Assembly: GCA_964187785.1 (NCBI GenBank)
Contig: OZ076409.1
Span: 75,332,001 to 75,396,000, forward strand
Direction of reading: 5' to 3'
Source of the DNA: Amphiscolops sp. MND2022
Lineage: Eukaryota
DNA length: 64,000 bases
Positions 10,201-21,844 of this stretch are shown here, piece by piece. The notes under the pieces are model-generated. The model saw only the letters and a program-made list of their open reading frames with translations. It was not told the DNA's origin and did not search any database. The translations under genes and the position numbers were made by a program. Numbering within the stretch: position 1 is the stretch's first letter; each line of letters begins with the position of its first letter.

Positions 10201-13200
10201 GGATTTCTATTCATTAAAGTATGTTGCGCGTGTGGGTAGGGCCCCGTGGCGCGCTCTTGTGTCCCTGTTCTCATAACTGCAATTTCCGGCAGCATTCTGA
10301 GCGATTTTCTAAACTATCCATACGATTCGGCTGAAATTTGGCACACGTACCCCCCTCGGCACGGTGAAGATGATTTCCTACTGACGTTTTTCCCGCAAAA
10401 TTTTTTTTGTTGTCCAAAATAACGGTTTTTGGGGTAAAATTTTGAATTTGTTTTAAATTTTATCTTATATCTCGCCACGGGTTTACGCTAGCGCTTCAAA
10501 ACCCTGCTAAAGAAAGCTTGCAAACTGTCTCAGGAATGCGGTGTGAAATTTTCAGCTCAATCGGACTCAAACTCGGGGAGATATAGCGTTTTTCCGGAGC
10601 GGGGGGGTTTCATTTTTCTAACGGTCCAGCTTATCTTTGCCATTTTTTCGAAAATGCACTCGCCTAAAGGCCTCCCCTGGCCGGTTTTATTCCCAGCAAA
10701 ACCATTTGGCCCTAAATACGGAGTTTCAGCGTTCCAGCATTCCCGGGCGAAAAGTTGTGGGACTTAGAAAAGTTCAAAAATTTTCAAAAAAATTTTTTTT
10801 CCGTTTTCCGCCCTCCCCCCCTAGGGGAAAAGACCCCCCAACCAGTAATTTGAGTGAATTCATGTGGAAAGGCCATGTTTAGAGGAGAAAAATGCCGTTT
10901 AGAACGTCTTTTTATCTTGGCTCAACGTTGACTTATGACGTTTTGAAGGTGGTGTTTGCAGGTGTAAAGCACGCGAATAGTAAACGTTATGAGTATTTAT
11001 CTGATCTGAAAGCCATTGAGATGAATATGGTTTGCTCAAAACGTAATTCATGGCAGTTTGGCAATCAATCAACACCCTTTGTTGTCGTTTGACATACTTT
11101 TTTGTTGTTATAATAAAAAATTTTGTGTATTTATTCATTTTTTTCTCATCAAATAACTTGAAACAGTTGAGTACATTCCATCCCCCCCTTCCGGGGGAGA
11201 TGAGAATGTACTCGCAAAAAGCACCGAACTACGGCCCTAACCTTCCCGAGCTACGCAGTATAAGGATTACATATTGGTTCCGACATTTTCATAGAGTTAA
11301 ATCTTGGTAATCTGTCTGGATATGCAGAAAAACCAGCACGTGCTTTTTTATACCAAGTTGCTTACAACGACAATTATTTTATATCAACGCCCCCATATTT
11401 ATCAACGCCCCCCGTCCGTGGGCATGCCGAGGCATGCCCTTCGACGACGTATACCAAGATATTCCCGAGCGCGTTAGCCTAGGTGCCGGGATTTCTATTC
11501 GATAAGGAATTCTGCGCGTGTGGGTAGGGCCCCTGGCGCGCTCCTGTGTTTTCGGTTTTCCTACTCCAAATTCACACCCCAGTTATCTCCGATCTCGTAA
11601 ACTATCCATACGATTTGGCTGAAATTTGGCACACGTACCCCCCTCGGCACGGTGAAGATGATTTCCTACTGACGTTTTTCCCGCTAAACATTTTTTGTTG
11701 ACCAAAATAACGGTTTTTGGGGTAAAATTTTCAACTTTTTTTAAATTTTATCTTATATCTCGCCACGGGTACACGCTAGCGCTTCCAAACCTTGCTGACG
11801 AAAGTTTGCAAACTGTCTCAGGAATGCTGTGTGAAATTTTCAGCTCAATCGGACTTAAACTCGAGGAGATATAGCGTTTTTCCGGAGCGGGGGGGTTTCA
11901 TTTTTCTAACGGTCCAGCTTATCTTTGCCATTTTTTCGAAAATGCACTCGCCTAAAGGCCTCCCCTGGCCGGTTTTATTCCCAGCAAAACCATTTGGCCC
12001 TAAATACGGAGTTTCAGCGTTCCAGCATTCCCGGGCGAAAAGTTGTGGGACTTAGAAAATTTCAAAAATTTTCAAAAATTTTTTTTCCGTTATTTGGGCC
12101 CCCAAAGTGGGGGAAAAGACCCCCCAACCAGTAAAGCAAGTGAATGCATGTGCAAAGCCCTTGTTTAGAGGAGAAAAATGCCGTTTAGAACGTCTTTTTA
12201 TCTTGGCTCAACGTTGACTTATGACGTTTTGAAGGTGATGTTTGGAGGTGTAAATCACGTGAATAGTAAACGTTATGAGTATTTATCTGATCTGAAAGCC
12301 ATTGAGATGCAATATGGTTTGCTCAAAACGTAATTCATGGCAGTTTGGCAATCAATCAACACCCTTTGTTGTCGTTTGACATACTTTTTTGTTGTTATAA
12401 TAAAAATTTTGTGTATTTGTTCATTTTTTTCTCATCAAATAACTTGAAACAGTTGAGTACATTCCATCCCCCCTTCCGGGGGAGATGAGAATGTACTCGC
12501 AAAAAGCAGCGAATTACGGCCCTTACCTTCCCGAGCTACGCAGTATAAGGATTACATATTGGTTCCGACATTTTCATAGAGTTAAATCTTGGTAATCTGT
12601 CTGGATATGCAGAAAAATCAGCACGTGCCTTTTAATACCAAGTTGCTCACAACGACAATTATTTTATATCAACGCCCCCATATTTATCAACGCCCCCCGT
12701 CCGTGGGCATGCCGAGGCATGCCCTTCGACGACGTATACCAAGATATACATCGAGCGCGTTAGCCTAGGTGCCGGGATTTTCTATTCGACAAGTTTGCGC
12801 GCCTTGGGGAGGGTCCCTTTGCGCGCTTTAAGATCCAGGTGTTTCCAACTCCTAAACGGGCATGTGATTTCGACGATCTCCTAAACTAGCCATACGATTT
12901 GGCTGAAATTTGGCACACGTACCCCCCTCGGCACGGTGAAGATGATTCCCCACTGACGTTTTGCTCGCTAAACATTTTTTGTTGACCAAAATAACGGTTT
13001 TTGGGGTAAAATTTTCAACTTTTTTTAAATTTCATCTTATATCTCGCCACGGGTTTACGCTAGCGCTTCCAAACCTTGCTGACGAAAATTTGCAAACTGT
13101 CTCAGGAATGCTGTGTGAAATTTTCAGCTCAATCGGACTTAAACTTGGGGAGATATAGCGTTTTTCCGGAGCGGGGGGGTTTCATTTTTCTAACGGTCCA

Positions 13201-16200
13201 GCTTATCTTTGCCATTTTTTCGAAAATGCACTCGCCTAAAGGCCTCCCCTGGCCGGTTTTATTCCCAGCAAAACCATTTGGCCCTAAATACGGAGTTTCA
13301 GCGTTCTAGCATTCCCGGGCGAAAAGTTGTGGGACTTAGAAACTTTCAAAAATTTTCAAAAAATTTTTTTCCGTTATTTGGGCCCTCAAAGTGGTGGAAA
13401 AGACCCCCCAACCAGTAAAGCAAGTGAATGCATGTGGAAAGCCCTTGTTTAGACGAGAAAAATGCCGTTTATAACGTCTTTTTATCTTAACTTGACATTG
13501 ACTTTTGTCGTTTTGAAGGTGACCGTTAGATACGGAAAATTGATGTTTTGAGTGTTTATCCCATCTGAAAGCCATTGAGATACAACATGTTTTGCTCAAA
13601 ACGTGTTTCATTGCAGTTTCGCTGTCCATTGACACCCTTTGGTGTCTTTTGACGTAATTTTCTTTTCTATAATAACAATTTCTTTGTGTATTTATTCATT
13701 TTTTTCTCATCAAATAACTTGAAACAGTTGAGTACATTCCATCTCCCTTCCCGGGGGAGATGAGAATGTACTCGCTAAAGGTCAGGAACTACGGTCTATA
13801 TCTTCCACAACACAAAAGAGATTGCAAATTGTTTCAGTTTGTCGCAGAAAACTTCTTTTTGCACTCTGTGACTCGACAAAGTGAACGTTTCTTACTTACT
13901 TTGAATCTCACCATACCACAACTCATCTCTAACGTCAACGCCCCCCACACACATCAACGCCCCCCGTCCGTGGGCATGCCGAGGCATGCCCTTCGACGAC
14001 GTATAGCAAAATATATTCGAACGCGGTAGCAGCTAGGTGCCGGGATTTCTATTCGATAAAGTATGTGGCGCGCCTTGGGTAGGGTCCCTTGCGCGCTCTT
14101 GGGTATGGTGTTCACCAGCTAGGAAACAGGGGTCGATTTTTCGGGATCTCCTAAACTAGCCACACGATTTGGCTGAAATTTGGCACACGTACCCCCCTCG
14201 GCACGGTGAAGATGATTTCCTACTGACGTTTTTCCCGCAAAATTTTTTTTGTTGTCCAAAATAACGGTTTTTGAGGGAAAATTTTGAACTTTTTTTAAAT
14301 TTCATCTTATATCTCCCCACCGGTTTACGCTAGCGCTTCAAAACCCTGCTAAAGAAAGCTTGCAAACTGTCTCAGGAATGCGGTGTGAAATTTTCAGCTC
14401 AATCGGACTTAAACTCAGGGAGATATAGCGTTTTTCCGGAGCGGGGGGGTTTCATTTTTCTAACGGTCCAGCTTATCTTAGCCATTTTTTCGAAAATGTA
14501 CTCGCCTAAAGACCTCCCCTGGCCGGTTTTAATCCCAGCAAAACCATTTGGCCCTAAATACGGAGTTTCAGCGTTCCAGCATTCCCGGGCGAAAAGTTGT
14601 GGGACTTAGAAAATTTCAAAAATTTTCAAAATTTTTTTTTCCGTTTTCCGCCCTCCCCCCCTAGGGGAAAAGACCCCCCAACCAGTAATTTGAGTGAATT
14701 CATGTGGAAAGGCCATGTTTAGAGGAGAAAAATCCCGTTTAAATTGTCTTTTTATCTTTATTCAACGTTGACTTATGACGTTTTGAAGGTGATGTTTGGA
14801 GGTGTGAAGCACGTGAAAAGTAAACGTTATGAGTATTTATCTGATCTGAAAGCCATTGAGATGCAATCTGTTTTGCTCAAAACGTAATTCATATCCGTTT
14901 GGTAGTCAATCAACACCCTTTGTTGTCATTTGACATCTTTTTTTGTTGATATAAGAAAAAATTTTGTGTATTTATTCATTTTTTTCTCATCAAATAACAT
15001 GAAACAGTTGAGTACATTCCATCCCCCCTTCACGGGGGAGATGAGAATGTACTCGCAAAAAGCCCCAAACTACGGCCCTTACCTTCCTGAGCTACGCAGT
15101 ATAAAGATTGCATATTGGTTCCGACATTTTGATAGAGTTATACCTTGGTAATCTGTCTGGGTATGCAGAAAAACCAGCACGTGCTTTTTTATACCAAGTT
15201 GCTTACAACGACAATTATTTTCTATCAACGCCCCCATATTTATCAACGCCCCCCGTCCGTGGGCATGCCGAGGCATGCCCTTCGACGACGTATACCAAGA
15301 TATGTTCGAGCGCGTTAGCCTAGGTGCCGGGATTTCCATTCGATAAGGAATTCTGCGCGTGTGGGTAGGGCCCCTGGCGCGCTCCTGTGTTTTCGGTTTT
15401 CCTACTCCAAATTCACACCCCAGTTATCTCCGATCTCGTAAACTATCCATACGATTTGGCTGAAATTTGGCACACGTACCCCCCTCGGCACGCTGAAGAT
15501 GATTCCCTACTGACGTTTTGCTCGCTAAACATTTTTTGTTGACCAAAATAACGGTTTTTGGGGTAAAATTTTCAACTTTTTTTAAATTTCATCTTATATC
15601 TCGCCACGGGTACACGCTAGCGCTTCCAAAACTTGCTGACGAAAGCTTGCAAACTGTCTCAGGAATGCGGTGTGAAATTTTCAGCTCAATCGGACTTAAA
15701 CTCGGGGAGATATAGCGTTTTTCCGGAGCGGGGGGGTTTCATTTTTCTAACGGTCCAGCTTATCTTAGCCATTTTTTCGAAAATGTAATCGCCTAAAGGC
15801 CTCCCCTGGCCGGTTTTACTCCCAGCAAAACCATTTGGCCCTAAATACGGAGTTTCAGCGTTCCAGCATTCCCGGGCGAAAAGTTGTGGGACTTAGAAAA
15901 TTTCAAAAATTTTCAAAATTTTTTTTTCCGTTATTTGGGCCCCCAAAGTGGGGGAAAAGACCCCCCAACCAGTAAAGCAAGTGAATGCATGTGCAAAGCC
16001 CTTGTTTGGACGAGAAAAATGCCGTTTAGAACGTCTTTTTATCTTGGCTCAACGTTGACTTATGACGTTTTGAAGGTGATGTTTGGAGGTGTAAAGCACG
16101 TGAATAGTAAACGTTATGAGTATTTATCTGATCTGAAAGCCATTGAGATGCAATATGGTTTGCTCAAAACGTAATTCATTGCAGTTTGACAATCAATCAA

Positions 16201-16643
16201 CACCCTTTGTTGTCGTTTGACATATTTTTTTGTTGTTATAATAAAAAATTTTGTGTATTTATTCATTTTTTTCTCATCAAATAACTTGAAAGAGTTGAGT
16301 ACATTCCATCCCCCCCTTCCGGGGGAGATGAGAATGTACTCGCAAAAAGCACCGAACTACGGCCCTTACCTTCCCGAGCTACGCAGTATAAGGATTACAT
16401 ATTGGTTCCGACTTTTTCATAGAGTTATATCTTGGTAATCTGTCTGGATATGCCGAAAAATCAGCACGTGCCTTTTAATACCAAGTTGCTCACAACAACA
16501 ATTCTTTTATATCAACGCCCCCATATTTATCAACGCCCCCCGTCCGTGGGCATGCCGAGGCATGCCCTTCGACGACGTATACCAAGATATGCCATAACGC
16601 GTTAGCCTAGGTGCGGGGGGGTAACCCCTACAAAGATATTGGA

Positions 16644-16667
16644 GGATTCGGGTAGGGTCCTGAATCC
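16644..16667 (+). other. 5' subterminal hairpin with conserved (T/G)AGGG(T/C) loop (exemplar)
   Basis: GGATTCGGG-TAGGGT-CCTGAATCC. Equivalent stems of different sequence lie at 1279-1306, 31788-31809, 33055-33076 and 52895-52914. Confidence 0.85.
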
Positions 16668-18122
16668 GATCTTAGTACCGCCAGCTATCAGTAGAAAATT
16701 TCCCTCAAAAACCGGGATCTCGGGAACTAACCGTAGGATTTGAAAGTTGGAGCGGCCCCCACCAGATTTTCCCGAATAGATCGCCCCCCACCGGGCTCCA
16801 TACCCCGGAAAATTTTTTTTTGGCCACACGGGCGACAGTTAGGGGGTCATTTTAGGGGTAAAATTCATATTGGTCCATATAACTTTTTTCCTGTTGGTTT
16901 AAAAGTTTGGGAACCCTGCTAAAGGTTTTTCGACCATGTTGCAAGGGCTCCGGAGGTGCAAACCAAATTTTTCTATCTTGAAGCTATCTCCAAGTACCCC
17001 CCCGCTCAAACCGTTATTTTTCCGGAAACGCAGGTTTTTGACCCGGAAGGAGTCGTCTGAGCGCGGGGTCGTTAGGTGATGTTTTGGGGACGGCCTTGAG
17101 ACAAAGTGGGGGACATGTAGTTTACCAACCTCAATTTACCCCCCGGACGGGAAATGACCGTTATATGAGCGGAAAAAATGCCCCCCTTCACGTTTTACCG
17201 CTATTTCCGGTGTGAAGGTGTGGGAGAGCGCGTCGGGTGCCATATATCAAAAGTAGGTTTAGACAAAGACCTATCGGAAACATGTGGTTTGGGACCCCCT
17301 GACCCAACCCGTTAGCGGGAAATGGGGCTTCCGCCTCCTTTTTTTACGGTTAAAAACGGAAAATGGGCATTGAGGGGTAAATATCTCGTGAACGCGTGGA
17401 GCTACGGTGTCCTTCACTACTACAAGTTTTCATACCCATGATATGGTGCCTTCAGGGGGGCAAACAGATTTCCGCTATCTATCACTGTTACGGACTTGGC
17501 CCCCCAGCCTAACCGCTATGTGACCGGAAATGTCACTTTTTGAGCCCAAAGGGTCGGTCCCAGCCAGGGAACGTTAGATAACTTTTTGTAGTACTCATTG
17601 AGACGAGTTGGGGGACATAGTTTCAGTCACCCCCCGTTACCCCTTGTGACCGGAAATGACCGTTATGTGGGTAAAATTGGGATTTTTGTACTTTTTGAAG
17701 GGCAATTAGGTGCGGAAGGAGTGGTAATAGGTGCTTGGACACTATATGATGGAATGGAGGACGTGAGGCGAACATTCAGACATAACCGTTATGTTGACCC
17801 TAAAGTCCCCCTGGTACCGTAAACGACCGGAAATGGTCAAATTTTGTGTCTATTGGGTACAAATGTTTGGTATTTTGTAAATAAAAGTATCTATTAGGTG
17901 TTTCGACGGTCTGCAGTAGTGAACATAGTCATGAAACCTTGTCGGGGGGTAACGGTATATAGCACCGGAAGTCCAAAACGTTAGAGACGGGATAGGTTTT
18001 TCCGTTTTAAAATGTCTTTCGGCGTACTTTTGTCAACTAATATGGAATATTTTGTAAAATTAAAGTTTTTCCATATAGTTTCAGAGACTCCCAAACCTCA
18101 AACAACATAACCGTTACCTTAT

Positions 18123-18166
18123 GATAGCCTTTCAAGTTGGCCTGGTGTCAACTTGGAAGGGCTATC
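18123..18166 (+). other. Internal 44-nt hairpin of class B/E units (exemplar)
   Basis: GATAGCCTTTCAAGTTGGC-CTGGT-GTCAACTTGGAAGGGCTATC. Homologues occur in all B units and at 34059 and 53908. Confidence 0.9.
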
Positions 18167-20556
18167 CTTCAAAAATCATTGATCAAGTGTGTTTTTGGGT
18201 ATGTTTGAATCATTTTAGAATCAATTAGAGCTTCAAGAAATGTTTGCCAACGACAAAAACTATGTCGCGATGATTCCGTTATTAGAGTAATAGTTAACAA
18301 AATATTGATTAAGTTGATTTTTTACATTTCAAAAGTGTCCTAAAAGCCAGAAAACCTCTTTACCAAACAAATGGTATTGATTGGATTGTATATAACAGGT
18401 AATAAAAGTTCAAATTGATTATTACGTTTTATTATGTGAGCTGAAACGTCATATTATAGTTTAATTAACGTCAACGCCACATACTTTACACCAACGCCCA
18501 CCGTCTGTGGGCATGCCGAGGCATGCCCTTCGACGACGTATACCAAATACATTTCATATCTACACCCACCCGCGGTAGCAGCTAGGTGCGGGGGGGTAAC
18601 CCCAACAAATATATTGGAGGATTCGGGTAGGGTCCTGAATCCGATTTTAACTCTAATAGCTATCGATAGGAAATCTTGCAAAAATTTCGGGATCTCGTGA
18701 TCTAACCATAGGATTTTAAAGTTGGAGCGGCCCCCACCAGATTTTCCGAAAATTAGCGCCCCCCACCGGTTTCCATACCCCGGAAAATTTTTTTCTGGCC
18801 ACACGGGCGACCGTTAGGGGGTCATTTTAGGGGTAAAATTCATATTGGGCCACATAACTTTTTTTCTGTTGATTTAAAACTTTGGAACCCTGCTAAAAGT
18901 TTCTTGACCGTGTTGCAGGGGCCCCGAAGGTCCAAACCAAATTTTTCTATCTTGAAGCTATCTCCAAGTACCCCCCCGCTCAAACCGTTATTTTTCCGGA
19001 AACGCAGGTTTTTGACCCGGAAGGAGTCGTCTGAGCGCGGGGTCGTTAGGTGATGTATTGGGGACGGCCTTGAGACGAAGTGGGGGACAAGTAGTTTGCC
19101 AACCTCAATTTACCCCCCGGACGGGAAATGACCGTTATATGAGCGTGAAAAATGCCCCCCTCCACGTTTTACCGCTATTTCCGGTGTGAAGGAGTGGGAG
19201 TAGCGCGTCGGGTGTTATATAACAAAAGTAGGTTTAGACAAGGACCTATCGGAAACATGTAGTTTGGGACCCCCTGGACCAACCCGTTAGCGGGAAATGG
19301 GGCTTCCGCCTCCTTTTTTTAGTGCTAAAACCGTAAAATGGGCATTGAGGGGTAAATATCTCGTGAACGCGTGGAGCAATCGTGTCCATCACTACTACAA
19401 GGTTTCATACCCATGATATGGTGCCTTCAGGGGGGCAAACAGATTTCCGCTATCTATCACCGTTACCGACTTGTCCCCCCAGCCTAACCGCTATGTGACC
19501 GGAAATGTCACTTTTTGAGCCCAAAGGGTCGGACCCAGCCTGGGAACGTTAGGTAACTTATTGCAGTACTCAATGAGACGAGTTGGGGGATATAGTTTCA
19601 GTCAACCCCCGTTACCCCTTGGGACCGGAAATGACCGTTATGTGGGTAAATTTGCAATTTTTATACTTTTTCAAGTGTATTTAGGTGCGGAAGGAGTGGT
19701 AATAGGTGCTTGGACACTATATGAGGTAAGGGAGGACGTGAGGCGAGCATTCGGAAATAACCGTTATGTTGACCCTAAAGTCCCCCTAGTACCGTAAACG
19801 ACCGGAAATGGTCAAATTTTGTGTCTATTGGGTACAAATGTTTTGTATTTTGTAGATAAAAGTATCTATTAGGTGTTTCGACGGTCTACAGTAGTGAACA
19901 TAGTCATGAAACCTTGTGGGGGGTAACGGTATATAGCACCGGAAGTCAAACCGTTGGAGACAGGATAGGTTTTTTGGTTTTAAAATGTCTTTCGGCGTAA
20001 TTTTTTCGACTCTTGTGGACTATTTTTAAAAATTAAAGTTTTTCCATATAGTTTCAGAGACTCCGAAACCTCAACCAACATAACCGTTACCTTATGATAG
20101 CCTTTCAAGTTGGCCTGGTGTCAACTTGGAAGCGCTATCCTTCTGAAATCGTTAATCAAGAGTGTTTTTGGGTAGGTATATATTGCATTAGTACCAATTA
20201 GAGCTTCATCAACAGTGTACCAACGACAAAAACTATGCCGTCATGATTCCGTTATTAGAATCATAGTGAGCAAATTGTTGAAAAAAATGGTTTTTTCCAT
20301 ACAAAATGTGTCCTAAATGCCAGGAAACCTATTTACCTAACAAATGGTATTAATTGGAATGTTTGTAACAGATTTATAAAAGTTCAAATTGAATATTACA
20401 TTTCATTATGGAAGCTGAAACGTCATATTTTAGTTTAATTAACGTCAACGCCACACACTTTACATCAACGCACACCGTCTGTGGGCATGCCGAGGCATGC
20501 CCTTCGACGACGTATGACAAATCCTTATCAAACGACGCCCGTACATGCCGGGCTAG

Positions 20557-21844
20557 GTGCCGGGATTTCTATTCGATAAAGTATGTGGCGCGCCTTGGGT
20601 AGGGTCCCTTGCGCGCTTTTGGGTATGGTGTTCACCAGCTAGGAAATAGGGGTCGATTTTTCGGGATCTCCTAAACTAGCCACACGATTTGGCTGAAATT
20701 TGGCACACGTACTCCCCTCGGCACGGTGAAGATGATTTCCTACTGACGTTTTTCCCGCAAAATTTTTTTTGTTGTCCAAAATAACGGTTTTTGGGGGAAA
20801 ATTTTGAACTTTTTTTAAATTTCATCTTATATCTCGCCACGGGTTTACGCTAGCGCTTCAAAACCCTGCTAAAGAAAGCTTGCAAACTGTCTCAGGAATG
20901 CGGTGTGAAGTTTTCAGCTCAATCGGACTTGAACTCAGGGAGATATAGCGTTTTTCCGGAGCGGGGGGGTTTCATTTTTCTAACGGTCCAGCTTATCTTT
21001 GCCATTTTTTCGAAAATGCACTCGCCTAAAGGCCTCCCCTGGCCGGTTTTATTCCCAGCAAAACCATTTGGCCCTAAATACGGAGTTTCAGCGTTCCAGC
21101 ATTCCCGGGCGAAAAGTTGTGGGACTTAGAAAAGTTCAAAAATTTTCAAAAAAAAATTTTTCCGTTTTCCGCCCTCCCCCCCTAGGGGAAAAGACCCCCC
21201 AACCAGTAAAGCAAGTGAATGCATGTGCAAAGCCCTTGTTTAGAGGAGAAAAATGCCGTTTAGAACGTCTTTTTATCTTGGCTCAACGTTGACTTATGAC
21301 GTTTTGAAGGTGATGTTTGGAGGTGTAAAGCACGTGAATAGTAAACATTATGAGTATTTATCTGATCTGAAAGCCATTGAGATGCAATATGGTTTGCTCA
21401 AAACGTAATTCATGACAGTTTGGCAATCAATCAACACCCTTTGTTGTCGTTTGACATACTTTTTTGTTGTTATAATAAAAAATTTTGTGTATTTATTCAT
21501 TTTTTTCTCATCAAATAACTTGAAACAGTTGAGTACATTCCATCCCCCCCTTCCGGGGGAGATGAGAATGTACTCGCAAAAAGCACCGAACTACAGCCCT
21601 TACCTTCCCGAGCTACGCAGTATAAGGATTACATATTGGTTCCGACATTTTCATAGAGTTAAATCTTGGTAATCTGTCTGGGTATGCAGAAAAACCAGCA
21701 CGTGCTTTTTTATACCAAGTTGCTCACAACGACATTTATTTTATATCAACGCCCCCATATTTATCAACGCCCCCCGTCCGTGGGCATGCCGAGGCATGCC
21801 CTTCGACGACGTATACCAAGATATGTTCGAGCGCGTTAGCCTAG
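20557..21844 (+). mobile_element. Single 1288-bp class A unit between class B units
   Basis: Its 5' portion is nearly identical to units starting at 1248, 14037, 55555, 58110 and 61943. It is bounded by CTAGGTG at 20553 and 21841. Confidence 0.65.

Larger units (their letters stand above)
1..16610 (+). mobile_element. Block of 12 complete (+1 partial) ~1.28-kb units (putative non-autonomous elements, class A)
   Basis: Junction spacings are 1286, 1262, 1273, 1274, 1286, 1285, 1281, 1288, 1286, 1268, 1287 and 1287. All carry the central CCTAAAGRCCTCCCC...GGGACTT block and the GAGTACATT...AATGTACTC hairpin. The repeat is seen directly; the mobile-element call is inference. Confidence 0.65.
16611..20556 (+). 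mobile_element. Two ~1.97-kb units (class B)
   Basis: Lengths 1975 and 1971. They start GTGCGGGGGGGTAACCCC, their interior is not alignable by eye with class A, and they carry the GATAGCC...GCTATC hairpin. The terminal box and CTAG end are the same as in class A. Confidence 0.65.
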
